Source: Alkanindiges illinoisensis DSM 15370 (GTDB lineage Bacteria > Pseudomonadota > Gammaproteobacteria > Pseudomonadales > Moraxellaceae). From it: DNA of 32,000 bases. Shown in pieces: positions 7,372 through 16,975 of the stretch. The first letter of the stretch is position 1. Each line of letters opens with the position of its first letter. The DNA lies in assembly GCF_000619845.1 (NCBI RefSeq), contig NZ_JHUX01000004.1:415190-447189 (forward strand). Direction: 5' to 3'. The notes beneath the pieces are model-generated. The model made no database searches. It had not been told where the DNA came from and worked only from the letters and a program-made list of their open reading frames with translations. The position numbers and the translations under genes are program-made.

Positions 7372-7406
7372 AAAAAAGCCTGCACTTGATGCGGGCTTTT
7401 TTATTT
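7372..7406 (+). terminator. Rho-independent terminator of tRNA-Glu
   Basis: AGCCTGC (7377-7383) pairs with GCGGGCT (7391-7397, one G:U), 7-nt loop, then a T-run at 7397-7402. Confidence 0.75.
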
Positions 7407-7586
7407 TTAGCCTTTCCTATAGCGATAGCCGTTTTTATTGAAAGGCCGGTTTCGGACATTTGCCTTAGATGCAAGTTAAGCATCAGTACAAGGCTAGGGT
7501 CATATAAAATTCACCTAGCCTGTAGGCATTAACTCATTGATACGCTGTATAGCTCAGGCAAACGCCAAAATTCCAGACAATCAGTC

Positions 7587-8138
7587 TTAATCCCGGTCAT
7601 GGTGCTTGCCACCAATCTTGGGAACAATTTGTTCAATATTGCCACGCAGGTTATCGCGTAAGGCTCGGCCAATATTGCTCAGGCTGGATTTTTCAGTGGG
7701 CATGCCAATGTCCAGGTCATTACCAAAATTGGCTTCCAGCGCGGCAATCCGCTGTTTGAGCTCCAGTGGCATGGCTGCTTTTTCAAAGGTTTTGGCATCT
7801 ACCATCACCACAATAGCTTCGCCAGTGGCCACAATCTGCGCCTGCTGGTTGCTGTACAGCACGTAAGTCATGCGAAAGCCGGAGTTACGAATTTCCACTA
7901 CCCGCACGCCGACTTTCAGGCTGTCCGGATAAAATACTGGCCTTAAATAACGGCAACTGCTGGCCGAAATTACACTGACCAATCCATGGTTAAAAGCCTC
8001 AATATGGCTTAAGTATTCAATACGCGCGCTTTCCATATAGCGGTAATACATCACATTGTTGACATGGCCAAAGGCATCCATGTCACCCCAGGCGACGGTC
8101 TGATGATAAACCACAGGACATTCTTTGATGGAACTCAT
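7587..8138 (-). CDS. Acyl-CoA thioesterase, hotdog fold (YbgC/4HBT-like)
   Basis: 183 aa. VAWGDMDAFGHVNNVMYYRYMESARIEYL is the characteristic 4HBT/YbgC active-site region. There is a ~40-aa C-terminal extension. Confidence 0.75.
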   Translation of the reverse strand: MSSIKECPVVYHQTVAWGDMDAFGHVNNVMYYRYMESARIEYLSHIEAFNHGLVSVISASSCRYLRPVFYPDSLKVGVRVVEIRNSGFRMTYVLYSNQQAQIVATGEAIVVMVDAKTFEKAAMPLELKQRIAALEANFGNDLDIGMPTEKSSLSNIGRALRDNLRGNIEQIVPKIGGKHHDRD

Positions 8139-8173
8139 ACGTATTTCCTAAACTCAGGATTTAAATGACCACA

Positions 8174-9448
8174 TTAGTGCGGTGAATTTGAATGGTAACC
8201 TGTTGAGCTGATTTTTGAATTGGCCTGATTTTCAAGCTGGCAACGCGCCTGATGCAATAACTCCAGATCCGCCAGTAATTCAGGCTGGCCGGCAAGGGCT
8301 TGGATTAAGCGTAAATAGCCAAAATCCGGATGCTGCTGCCAGCTTTGCAAAATGGCCTGTGCTGCTTCAGTCTGCTGGTCTGCCATTAACTGATGCCACT
8401 GGGCTAATGCAATAGAGGGCTGCCCAGGATAACGCTGCGCCAGTTCATTAAGGCGCTGGGTAAAATGCTGGCACTCAACATTGCCTTCCTGTAACTGGTT
8501 TTGCAACCAGATGGTTAAAACTCGTGGGTCAAATTCCAGCCGTAGCAGCTGATCAGCCAGTTGCTGGCGTTGCTGAATCAGGGTTTGCTGCTGTTCCAGC
8601 ATTAATATGGGGTCATTAATTTGACTAAGAACAAACAGCCACTGGCGTGTACTGGCAATATCCTGACCGAACTCCGGTTGTGCCTGCACTGTTTGATAAT
8701 AGCTAAGCAGTTGCTGTAGCTGCTCAGGGCTAGCCTGGGAAAGTTGCTGTTGCAACGCGCTTAGCCAGCCGTAATGCTGTTCAGGTGTTAATGCTGGAAT
8801 GACATTCATATCCAGCAAAAGCCAGGGCTGCGCCATCAGTAATCTGGCCCATAAGCCCTGAACATAGGCCTCCCATGCCGGATTTAACGACTCGGCAAAT
8901 GCTGAAACCGGTTGCTGGCTCAAAGTTGTTAATGCAGCCTGTGCCTGTGTATAGTCTTGTGCAGCAAGGTGCAGTTCAATTTGTTCCAGCACCAGCAAGT
9001 CAATAAGGGCTGAACCCTGATTCAAGGCTTGCGCTGCCTGTTCCAGCTGGGCATTTTCGCGCAGTAAATGTGCCCTAACCAGTTGTCTTAAACTGGCAGA
9101 CTGGTTAAAAATGGCTTCGATTTCAGTTTGTTTGCTGGCTTTGGCGTTTAATAACCATAAACAGCCCAGTTGTTCAAATGGCAGTAGTTGCTGATAATGC
9201 TCAATTTTTTGCGGATGGCGCAAGTGCCAGTTTTTAATCCAGTGGTTAATGCGCCGAATGGCATAAACTACAGCCAGAATAAGGACAAACAACAGCAGCA
9301 TGAATACTGTCGCGCTGGTTTGCACTTGCCAGCCCAGCCACACCACCAGCACATACCCTGCCCCTGACCATAACCCCAGTAAAATAATGAGACCAACACC
9401 CAGTAAAATCAGCCACAGCGCACGATGTTGTAAGGGCTGGTATTTCAT
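8174..9448 (-). CDS. hemY: HemY-like membrane protein (heme biosynthesis-associated, TPR-like)
   Basis: 424 aa with two N-terminal TM helices followed by a Leu/Gln/Ala-rich helical repeat region. It is the last gene of a hemC-hemD-hemX-hemY block and has a 4-nt ATGA overlap with hemX. Confidence 0.7.
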   Translation of the reverse strand: MKYQPLQHRALWLILLGVGLIILLGLWSGAGYVLVVWLGWQVQTSATVFMLLLFVLILAVVYAIRRINHWIKNWHLRHPQKIEHYQQLLPFEQLGCLWLLNAKASKQTEIEAIFNQSASLRQLVRAHLLRENAQLEQAAQALNQGSALIDLLVLEQIELHLAAQDYTQAQAALTTLSQQPVSAFAESLNPAWEAYVQGLWARLLMAQPWLLLDMNVIPALTPEQHYGWLSALQQQLSQASPEQLQQLLSYYQTVQAQPEFGQDIASTRQWLFVLSQINDPILMLEQQQTLIQQRQQLADQLLRLEFDPRVLTIWLQNQLQEGNVECQHFTQRLNELAQRYPGQPSIALAQWHQLMADQQTEAAQAILQSWQQHPDFGYLRLIQALAGQPELLADLELLHQARCQLENQANSKISSTGYHSNSPH

Positions 9449-10371
9449 GATGAAGCCTTTTGCCCGGTAAGCAGGGTAAGAGAAGTTAATTCAATATTGG
9501 CAGGCCACGGTTGGTTTTTAAGTTTGTCCAGTTGCTGGGCCATTTGACGGCTTGCCGGATCAGCTAACAAATTCAACTGGGTGAGTGCTTCAGTTAAGTT
9601 GCTGGTGAAATTAAGCTGATCGCCCTGCCCCAATGCCAGCCGCGCAATTGCCACGTTAATGCTGGCCTGCTTATAAATAAAACTGCGATCCAGCATATGC
9701 TGGCCAGCCCCTGGCGTTGCACGTTCAATCAAGAACAGGTGTTTAAACCAGTTACCAATTCCTGCTCCCTTTGGCGCTGATGACTGTGCCAGCAAGCCTT
9801 GTGGTGCCTGTACTGCCATCAGGTTCAATTGTTGTTGAATCTGCAAAAGCGACTGGTTTAGGCCAGCACGAGCCTGCTGCTGGCGTGTGGCTTGCTGGGC
9901 CAGATTTAACTGGTCAATTTTCAGGGTTTGCAGCAAGGTGTCATTAAAAGCCTCATTAGCATCCTGCTGGTTTTCAATAATATTTTGCTGTAGTTCCAGC
10001 AGGAGTTGCTGCGCTTTTTTGGCATTGCCCTGCCGTAAGCTGTCCTGTGCCAGTGTGAGAGCTGTCAGTGCCCACTGCCGCTGTTGTTGCCGCAATGTAT
10101 TGCGCTGCTGATTGAGTTGTATCTGTTGCGATGGGCTAAGACGAATAGGCTGCGCTGAGTTGGCTGAACTGGCATGGTTGGCGCTGCCAGTTTGCTGCCG
10201 TGCCACTGCAACCAGACGGTCATTCAGGTCGGCAATCTGCTTTTGTGCGGCCTGCTGGCTTTGCAGCAACTGTTGCTGGCGCTGCTGATCCTTTGCATAA
10301 AGCAGATAGCTCATGCCAGACAGCATTATCAACAAAACCAGTCCCAGCAGGACAATCAGTTTTTTTTTCAT
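9445..10371 (-). CDS. hemX: HemX-like protein (uroporphyrinogen-III C-methyltransferase-annotated family)
   Basis: 308 aa with an N-terminal TM anchor (LIVLLGLVLLIMLSGMSYLLY) followed by a Gln-rich coiled-coil. It lies between hemD and hemY. Confidence 0.7.
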   Translation of the reverse strand: MKKKLIVLLGLVLLIMLSGMSYLLYAKDQQRQQQLLQSQQAAQKQIADLNDRLVAVARQQTGSANHASSANSAQPIRLSPSQQIQLNQQRNTLRQQQRQWALTALTLAQDSLRQGNAKKAQQLLLELQQNIIENQQDANEAFNDTLLQTLKIDQLNLAQQATRQQQARAGLNQSLLQIQQQLNLMAVQAPQGLLAQSSAPKGAGIGNWFKHLFLIERATPGAGQHMLDRSFIYKQASINVAIARLALGQGDQLNFTSNLTEALTQLNLLADPASRQMAQQLDKLKNQPWPANIELTSLTLLTGQKASS

Positions 10372-10515
10372 AGGTGGTGCTCACGGGACCAGACTGGAAC
10401 AGGTGCTACAGCATTTAGCAAACCGCTCATGCTCCATCAATCACAGTCCCGGTTAGGGTTTTAGCAAATTATCAGCAAAGCATAAAGAAGCTTTGGTATT
10501 GATACAATATTACAT

Positions 10516-11367
10516 TTACGTCTGCTGACACTTTTGTAACTGGTCCAGCATGGCCAGAATGCTGGCCGGATTTAAACTCTCAAGCAGGATGACTTTAGGG
10601 TTATTGGCATGACACGTGTTGGCATAAGCAGTTGTCGTCACTGTCATGTGCGCTGTCTGCTGGCAGATTTTCCGGTAAATCCGCTGGCCCAGCACCAGAA
10701 TATAAGGCGGTATCATTGTTCCAAACTGCTGGCCCAATTCCAGCCAATGCTGCCATGATACACCACTGGTGATGACCAGCACCTGCGGCGGCTGACTTAA
10801 AAGCTGCTGATACTGCGCCTTAGTGCTTTCCGGTAACTGGCGGTCATATAGGTTCAGGCTGATGACCTGCTGCTGGCTGGCCAGTTGCTTGAGCATAAAC
10901 TGGCGGCCCCCATGCCCGCGCCAGAACATGATTGGCCCTGTTGCTGCTGAATCTGACGTTATGGCACACGACGCCGTTGAATGCTGAGCCTGCTGGAAGA
11001 TATCCAGTGCCAACATACCCTCACTGGTTTCCAGTGCTGGAACCTGCGCAGTAATGCCTGCCTGTGCCAGTATGGCTGCTGTACCCTGTCCTACAGCAAC
11101 CCAGTGGCAGGCTAACTGGCTGGGCAGGATATCAAGCTGTTTTAATCCGGCAAGGCCCAGTTGTGCTGCGGCTGGACTTACCACCACCACGACAGCCACC
11201 TGCCAAATTTCAGACAATTGCGGTTGAATAGCCTCAAAAGGTTCAGCCACCAGTTCCAGCAGCGGCAATTGACTCACCGGATAACCAGCCTGCTGCAAGG
11301 CCTGATTTAAGCCATCAGCCCGCTCAGCAGGTCGGGTATTTAGTACATGCAGCATGGTCAATGGCAA
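10516..11367 (-). CDS. hemD: Uroporphyrinogen-III synthase
   Basis: 283 aa, starting 8 nt after the hemC stop. The N-terminus VLNTRPAERADGLNQALQQAGY and the internal ITSGVSWQHW are HemD-like. The call is also supported by synteny. Confidence 0.75.
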   Translation of the reverse strand: MPLTMLHVLNTRPAERADGLNQALQQAGYPVSQLPLLELVAEPFEAIQPQLSEIWQVAVVVVVSPAAAQLGLAGLKQLDILPSQLACHWVAVGQGTAAILAQAGITAQVPALETSEGMLALDIFQQAQHSTASCAITSDSAATGPIMFWRGHGGRQFMLKQLASQQQVISLNLYDRQLPESTKAQYQQLLSQPPQVLVITSGVSWQHWLELGQQFGTMIPPYILVLGQRIYRKICQQTAHMTVTTTAYANTCHANNPKVILLESLNPASILAMLDQLQKCQQT

Positions 11368-11375
11368 ATACTGGC

Positions 11376-12299
11376 TTAAGCATACAGGGCCGCAAGCAAT
11401 TCCCCTGCCCCCTGATCCAGCAATCGTTGCGCCAGTTGCTGCCCCAGTTGCTCGGCCTGTTCAGGGGCACCACTGATTTCAGCTTTTAACAATTGCTGGC
11501 CGTCGGGACTGCCGACCCTGCCCTGCATTGTTAACTGATTATTTTCAAGCACAGCAAAACCGGCAATTGGCACCTGACAACCACCCTGCAAGGTGCGGTT
11601 AAAGGCACGTTCGGCCCTAATACAAATATTGGTGGCAGGATCAGACAAGGGCGCAATCAGCGTCAGGACAGCCTGATCATTGCTGCGGCATTCCAGCCCC
11701 AGTGCCCCTTGTCCCACCGCAGGCAGACTCAAATCCGCTGGTAGAATTTGCTTAATACGCGATTCAAGCTGCAAGCGCTTTAAACCAGCCGCAGCCAGAA
11801 TAATGGCATCGTATTCACCGGCATCCAGCTTGCCCAGTCGCGTGCCAACATTGCCGCGCAAATCAATAATAGTTAAATCCGGGCGATAGGCCTGAATCTG
11901 GCTTTTACGGCGCAGGCTGGACGTACCAAGGCGTGCGCCCTGCGGTAAGTCATCCAGTGTCAAATACTGGTTGGACACAAAGGCATCAAACGGATTTTCA
12001 CGCTCACAAATCACGGCCAGTGTTAAATTGTCCGGCAAGTCCATGGGCACATCCTTCATGGAATGTACTGCCAGATCAGCCCGGCCATCCAGCAGGGCAT
12101 TTTCCAGTTCCTTGACAAACAACCCCTTGCCGCCAATTTTGGCCAGTGGCGTATCCAGAATTTTGTCACCCTGCGTCACAAATTTGACCAGTTCAACCGT
12201 CAGTCCCGGATGCAGTGCCTGCAAGCGTGCCTTGATGTGTTCAGCCTGCCACAGCGCCAGCGGACTTTGCCGGGTGGCAATTTTTAGGGTATTCATCAA
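11376..12299 (-). CDS. hemC: Porphobilinogen deaminase (hydroxymethylbilane synthase)
   Basis: 307 aa. [44 protein letters not shown] and [12 protein letters not shown] are canonical HemC blocks. Confidence 0.95.
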   Translation of the reverse strand: MMNTLKIATRQSPLALWQAEHIKARLQALHPGLTVELVKFVTQGDKILDTPLAKIGGKGLFVKELENALLDGRADLAVHSMKDVPMDLPDNLTLAVICERENPFDAFVSNQYLTLDDLPQGARLGTSSLRRKSQIQAYRPDLTIIDLRGNVGTRLGKLDAGEYDAIILAAAGLKRLQLESRIKQILPADLSLPAVGQGALGLECRSNDQAVLTLIAPLSDPATNICIRAERAFNRTLQGGCQVPIAGFAVLENNQLTMQGRVGSPDGQQLLKAEISGAPEQAEQLGQQLAQRLLDQGAGELLAALYA

Positions 12300-12424
12300 C
12301 TGGGTATCCTGTGGTTAAGTCTGTACGAGACATTAATAACGGGTAGCATGCCAAATTTGCGTCACAGGCTCAAGTTATGACACGGGATGTCAGCAAAACG
12401 TCATTTGCCAGTTAAGCCCAGACA

Positions 12425-12459
12425 TAAAAAAACCAGACCCTGACAACACAAAGGTCTGG
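12425..12459 (-). terminator. Rho-independent terminator after the response-regulator gene
   Basis: The minus strand reads CCAGACC-tttgtgttgtcag-GGTCTGG followed by TTTTTTT (stem at 12433-12439 / 12453-12459). Confidence 0.65.
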
Positions 12460-12513
12460 TACTCGCAAAGACTGCGCTGGTGCCCTTAAAACCACTGCCA
12501 GTGAACTGCTTTC

Positions 12514-13260
12514 CTAAATATGATGAATTTTTTCCCGTAATTGCGGTAAATGGCGACGGCTCACCGCCAGACGCTCATTGATTCCCCGGCAACGTACCTG
12601 ATACTGGCCAGTGCCCACAAACTCCAGCCCTTCCAGATAAGGAATTGCCAGTAAGGCATTACGGTGAATCCGGATAAAACGGTCGTGGAACTCGTTTTCA
12701 AGATCCTTGAGGGTTTCATCAATCAGTACCTGCCCGCCCGAATGGCGCACGGTGACATATTTCTGGTCGGCCAGAAAATAATAAATATTTTCAATGGGAA
12801 TGAGTTCAACCCCACGATGGGTACGGGCAGCAATGTGCTTACGGGCAGGACGGTCTGGAGATTCGCTGGCGGTTGCATGCTGCTGCAATGAATTGAGCTG
12901 CGCACTGTTAAGCTTGCTGGCACGCTTTAGTGCATTTTCCAGTTGCTGCTGACTAATTGGCTTAAGCAAATATCCAATAGCCTGCGTGTTGAAGGCATCA
13001 ATGGCATGCTGGTCAAATGCGGTCACGAAAATTACGGCAGGTGGCACGTCAAGATCAAGCAGGGCCTGAGCGCACTGAATCCCATTCATTTCAGGCATGC
13101 GGATATCCAGCAATACCACATCAGGACGATGTAGCCGAACCTGTTCCAGTGCCTGAAATCCATTACTGGCCTGGGCAACCACCTCGTGGCCTGCCACCTT
13201 GACCATACGCGACAAGCGCTCTCGTGCTAATGGTTCGTCGTCACAAACCAAAATATTCAT
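12514..13260 (-). CDS. algR: LytTR-family two-component response regulator (AlgR-like)
   Basis: 248 aa with a receiver domain (ILVCDDEPLARERL, DVVLLDIRMPEMNG, KP) and a C-terminal LytTR DNA-binding domain (ADQKYVTVRH..., RIHRNALL). It sits in the P. aeruginosa-type context argH/algZ/algR/hemC. Confidence 0.85.
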   Translation of the reverse strand: MNILVCDDEPLARERLSRMVKVAGHEVVAQASNGFQALEQVRLHRPDVVLLDIRMPEMNGIQCAQALLDLDVPPAVIFVTAFDQHAIDAFNTQAIGYLLKPISQQQLENALKRASKLNSAQLNSLQQHATASESPDRPARKHIAARTHRGVELIPIENIYYFLADQKYVTVRHSGGQVLIDETLKDLENEFHDRFIRIHRNALLAIPYLEGLEFVGTGQYQVRCRGINERLAVSRRHLPQLREKIHHI

Positions 13261-13309
13261 GCATTCCTCCTTGCAGCATTGATTATCCTTGAAATAACCA
13301 ATGTTTTTT

Positions 13310-14365
13310 TTATTGTTCCACGTGTGGATAATTTAAATATGTCGTAAATAATCCATTGGTTTGATGCGTTTGTAACCGGGCCTGTTTCCCGTAATACGCC
13401 TGCAATCGCTCCTGAATATTGTCTAGCGCCATCCCATTGCTAGCTCGTATGCCTGTTTTACCAGTTTGACACGGATTTGTCACCACGATTGTGACATCTT
13501 TGGCATTCACCTCGATTAAAACACTAATTGTACTACTGTGACTAAAGCTCTCAACGCCATGATAAATCGCATTTTCCAGCAGGGGCTGCAAGGTGAGTGA
13601 CGGGATATTCACATCATACAAGTCATCCTCATCGGGAAGCCGCCACTCGACCTGTAAACGATCCCCGAGCCGGATGGACTCAATGTCCAGATAGCTTTTG
13701 CATAGCACAACTTCATCCAGCAAACTAATTTCACCACTGGCATTCAGGCTGGCCCGAAACAGGCGTGACAGGTTTTCCACCATATGTTCGGCCTTGGGTG
13801 GGTCAATCTGGATCAGGCTCAATACACTGTTCATGGTATTAAACAAAAAATGCGGGCGAATGCGGGCCTGCAATGCCTGAATGCGCGACAGCAACTCGGC
13901 CCGGTGACGCTTGATCATTTGTTCGCGTACATACAGGTAGCGCATGATCACCATGCCGAGGCAACCGCCCAGAATCAGGTGGTACAACACGCGCCACCAC
14001 CACGGATGCTGCACGTCCAGCGCCCAGGCCAGCCCGATATTACAAACAATGGTGGTGAGCGCAATGATGCCTTCCAGCAGTACAAAACTCCAGATCACTG
14101 CTTCAAGTCGTGGCCGGGTACGTAACCAGTTACGCAACAGGTCAGCCAGCCACGCAAATGAAACTGTCACCCAGTTGACAAAAAACACGTACTGGGCCAA
14201 ACCACTCCAGTGCAGGCCTATCAGACTTTTGGCTTCAATTAAAGCCAGAATCACCGCCAGCAGGTTGGTACTGACCAGCAGTTCCAGCACGGCACGGTTT
14301 TCGGTAAAATCCGGTAAAAAAAACGCGTCCTTGTTTTGTATAGGGTTACGCATCGGACCACTCAT
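13310..14365 (-). CDS. algZ: LytS/AlgZ(FimS)-type sensor histidine kinase
   Basis: Multi-TM N-terminus, then the His-kinase block RPHFLFNTMNSV and the ATP-binding LQPLLENAIYHG. The ORF is open to 14527, but that would overlap argH. I chose Met55 (ATG at 14365, giving ~351 aa); Met59 (14353) is an alternative. Confidence 0.8.
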   Translation of the reverse strand: MSGPMRNPIQNKDAFFLPDFTENRAVLELLVSTNLLAVILALIEAKSLIGLHWSGLAQYVFFVNWVTVSFAWLADLLRNWLRTRPRLEAVIWSFVLLEGIIALTTIVCNIGLAWALDVQHPWWWRVLYHLILGGCLGMVIMRYLYVREQMIKRHRAELLSRIQALQARIRPHFLFNTMNSVLSLIQIDPPKAEHMVENLSRLFRASLNASGEISLLDEVVLCKSYLDIESIRLGDRLQVEWRLPDEDDLYDVNIPSLTLQPLLENAIYHGVESFSHSSTISVLIEVNAKDVTIVVTNPCQTGKTGIRASNGMALDNIQERLQAYYGKQARLQTHQTNGLFTTYLNYPHVEQ

Positions 14366-14443
14366 GGATGCCGAGGCTGATCTTTGCGCAGGATTTGCTA
14401 TAATCGGTTTTATTTTGCCTAGCCTTAGTTTGCTGATACCCAT

Positions 14444-15910
14444 ATGACCGCACCCTCTCAATCCGCTGAACACCAATCTACTGCACACCAATCCACTGGG
14501 GAAAGCGCTGTTAATCCTGCTGAGCATGCGACCTCAGGCATGTGGGGCGGCCGTTTTAGTGAAGCGACTGATGCCTTTGTGGCTGAATTTACCGCATCTG
14601 TGCAATTTGACCAACGCTTTTATAAGCAGGATATTGCCGGCTCCATCGCCCATGCCACCATGCTGGCCTCGGTTGGTGTACTCACCCATCAGGAACGCGA
14701 TGACATTATTGCCGGGTTAACCGCCATCAAGGCCGATATTGAAGCAGGCCGTTTTGAATGGCGCATTGACCTTGAAGACGTGCATATGAATATTGAAGCA
14801 CGCCTGACTGACCGAATTGGCATTACCGGCAAGAAACTGCATACCGGCCGCAGCCGTAATGATCAGGTCGCCACCGATATCCGCCTGTACCTGCGTGATG
14901 AAATTGATGAATTACTGGGTTTGCTGCAAAAACTGCAAAGCGGCATTTTAGGCTTGGCGGCCAAACATACCGATACCATCATGCCCGGCTTTACCCATTT
15001 GCAAACTGCACAGCCTGTTACTTTTGGCCATCACCTGCTGGCGTGGTTTGAAATGCTGCTGCGCGACTCCGAGCGCCTGATTGATTGCCGCAAGCGGGTC
15101 AACCGCATGCCACTGGGTTCGGCAGCACTGGCAGGCACCACTTATCCCATCAACCGGGCCTACACTGCCGAGCTACTAGGCTTTGAAGCCGTATCAGAAA
15201 ACTCGCTGGATGCCGTGTCTGACCGCGATTTTGCGATTGAATTTAGCAGCGCAGCGTCTTTAATTATGATGCACCTGTCACGCATGTCTGAAGAACTGAT
15301 CCTGTGGACGTCGGCCCAGTTCAAGTTTGTACAAATTCCGGATCGCTTTTGTACCGGCTCATCCATCATGCCGCAAAAGAAAAATCCGGATGTACCAGAA
15401 CTGGTGCGTGGCAAAAGTGGTCGCGTGTTTGGTGACCTGATGAGCCTGCTCACCCTGATGAAAGGTCAGCCACTGGCCTATAACAAGGACAATCAGGAAG
15501 ACAAGGAACCGCTGTTTGATGCGGTGGATACCGTGCGTGGCTGTCTGCTGGCATTTGCCGACATGATTCCTGCGCTGCAACCCAATATCCCGGTAATGCG
15601 TGAAGCAGCGCTGCGTGGCTTTTCAACCGCAACCGATCTGGCCGATTATCTGGTGAAAAAAGGTATTGCCTTCCGTGATGCCCACGAGATTGTCGGCAAA
15701 GCCGTGGCACTCGGTGTCCGTGAAGACAAAGATTTATCTGAACTGTTACTACAGCAGCTCCAGCAATTTTCCGACAAGATTACCGATGATGTATTTGCTG
15801 TCCTCACGCTGGAAGGTTCGGTGTCCGCGCGGGATCATATTGGGGGTACTGCACCGGCACAGGTAAAAGCTGCCATTGAGCGCGCCCAGCAGCGGATTGC
15901 ACAGCTTTAA
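14444..15910 (+). CDS. argH: Argininosuccinate lyase
   Basis: 488 aa. [23 protein letters not shown] and [12 protein letters not shown] (fumarate-lyase signature) are present. The Ser/Thr/Gln-rich ~30-aa N-terminal leader could mean a later start (Met33, nt 14540). Confidence 0.95.
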   Translation: MTAPSQSAEHQSTAHQSTGESAVNPAEHATSGMWGGRFSEATDAFVAEFTASVQFDQRFYKQDIAGSIAHATMLASVGVLTHQERDDIIAGLTAIKADIEAGRFEWRIDLEDVHMNIEARLTDRIGITGKKLHTGRSRNDQVATDIRLYLRDEIDELLGLLQKLQSGILGLAAKHTDTIMPGFTHLQTAQPVTFGHHLLAWFEMLLRDSERLIDCRKRVNRMPLGSAALAGTTYPINRAYTAELLGFEAVSENSLDAVSDRDFAIEFSSAASLIMMHLSRMSEELILWTSAQFKFVQIPDRFCTGSSIMPQKKNPDVPELVRGKSGRVFGDLMSLLTLMKGQPLAYNKDNQEDKEPLFDAVDTVRGCLLAFADMIPALQPNIPVMREAALRGFSTATDLADYLVKKGIAFRDAHEIVGKAVALGVREDKDLSELLLQQLQQFSDKITDDVFAVLTLEGSVSARDHIGGTAPAQVKAAIERAQQRIAQL

Positions 15911-16004
15911 TCGCTTCCCAATCTTTTTTTGTTAAAGGTAGAAGTTCCCTCTTTACTAAAGAGGGTTCAGGCTAGTTTTAATAACCACCCTATAGAGAGA
16001 TGAC

Positions 16005-16292
16005 ATGACCCGCACCGTATTTTGCCGCAAGTACCAAAAAAACATGGAAGGGCTGGAATTTGCACCATTCCCCGGCCCCAAGGGACAGGACGTTTTTGAG
16101 CATGTGTCCAAGCAGGCCTGGCAGGAATGGCTAAAGCATCAAACCCTGCTGATTAATGAAAAACGCCTGAATGCCTTTGAACCGGCTGCCCGTACTTTTC
16201 TGGAAGAACAGCGCGAAAAGTTTTTCACTAACCAGGATGTGGAAAAAGCCGAAGGCTGGACTGAAACTCAAGATAAGGGCAATTCAGCCTGA
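16005..16292 (+). CDS. yggX: Fe(2+)-trafficking / oxidative damage protection protein YggX
   Basis: 95 aa. [19 protein letters not shown]...[22 protein letters not shown] parallels E. coli YggX (MSRTIFCTFLQREAEGQDF...QTMLINEKKLN). Confidence 0.9.
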   Translation: MTRTVFCRKYQKNMEGLEFAPFPGPKGQDVFEHVSKQAWQEWLKHQTLLINEKRLNAFEPAARTFLEEQREKFFTNQDVEKAEGWTETQDKGNSA

Positions 16293-16344
16293 TTGAGCTG
16301 CTTATACGACTAAAGTTATAGGCCATCCTTAAGTGGTTTTATGC

Positions 16345-16388
16345 AAGCTAGACTACCGAAATAGACTAAGGAGTCTAGCTTTTATTTG
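16345..16388 (+). terminator. Rho-independent terminator after yggX
   Basis: AAGCTAGACT (16345-16354) pairs with AGTCTAGCTT (16372-16381), followed by TTTATTT. Confidence 0.55.
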
Positions 16389-16589
16389 ATTTATATTCAT
16401 TTTATTTTTCTTTAATTATTAGAGCATTAACTCTATATGTTTATAAATTTTTACTGAACCATTCAGCTTTAAAAGCAAGACGTGTGACTGATTTCACCAG
16501 TCATATTATTTATTTGTCATTGATCACAAAATACTCTATATTTCGCACAAATTTTAGCCATTCCTTGCCATGCTTTTGGAGCCGTCGTC

Positions 16590-16895
16590 ATGTTAAAGCG
16601 TTTTTTGTTTGTTGCCAGTAGTCTGGTTATTGCTACCAGTGCTGCCGTTGCTGCCCCTGTTGAAGCAACCCTCACTGGTCTCGACTGTAGCGGCGATTAT
16701 TGCCAACTGGCTTTTACCGCCAATAACAAGGCACAGACAGCCATTTGCGCGGATGATACCTATTGTGAAGAATGGTCTGAACAGGAAGCTGTACCAGCCA
16801 GCGTTAAAGCCAAGACTGCCAAGTTAACGATTGAAAGCCAGCATCTGGAAGACTTAAATGCCAATGCTGATGTTGTCACCAAGATTGAGTTTTAA
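16590..16895 (+). CDS. Small secreted protein of unknown function (four Cys)
   Basis: 101 aa with a Sec signal peptide MLKRFLFVASSLVIATSAAVAAPVEA. The mature part has CSGDYC and CADDTYC pairs. GGAG lies 7 nt upstream of the ATG. I recognise no family. Confidence 0.6.
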   Translation: MLKRFLFVASSLVIATSAAVAAPVEATLTGLDCSGDYCQLAFTANNKAQTAICADDTYCEEWSEQEAVPASVKAKTAKLTIESQHLEDLNANADVVTKIEF

Positions 16896-16921
16896 GTATT
16901 TGTTTTATCCTTAAGCCCAGT

Positions 16922-16960
16922 AAAAAAGCCCGCGGTCTATTACAGGCCACGGGCTTTTTT
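16922..16960. terminator. Bidirectional rho-independent terminator between the convergent 16590-16895 ORF and phoU
   Basis: AAAAAA-GCCCGCGG (16928-16935) ... CCACGGGC (16947-16954)-TTTTTT, with one internal mismatch. Confidence 0.75.
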
Positions 16961-16975
16961 ATGGCTTAAATTCAG

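Noticed and set aside
7244-7483. 79-aa minus-strand ORF
   Set aside because: It runs straight through tRNA-Glu and its terminator, so it is an artefact of ORF calling.
8174-10371. Abundant CAG/CTG-rich repetitiveness that might suggest a repeat array
   Set aside because: It is explained by the Gln/Leu-rich coiled-coil and TPR-like coding sequence of HemX and HemY. There is no regular period or spacer structure, and it is not a CRISPR or a tandem repeat.
13698-14447. Plus-strand ORFs of 60-167 aa (13698-13880, 13784-14125, 13944-14447)
   Set aside because: They are antisense to the AlgZ-like kinase gene and overlap each other in different frames. No recognisable domains.
15947-15965. Hairpin CCCTCTTT-act-AAAGAGGG after argH
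   Set aside because: It may be a weak argH terminator, but no U-run follows it and no second copy occurs in the window, so it cannot be called a REP-type repeat or a confident terminator.
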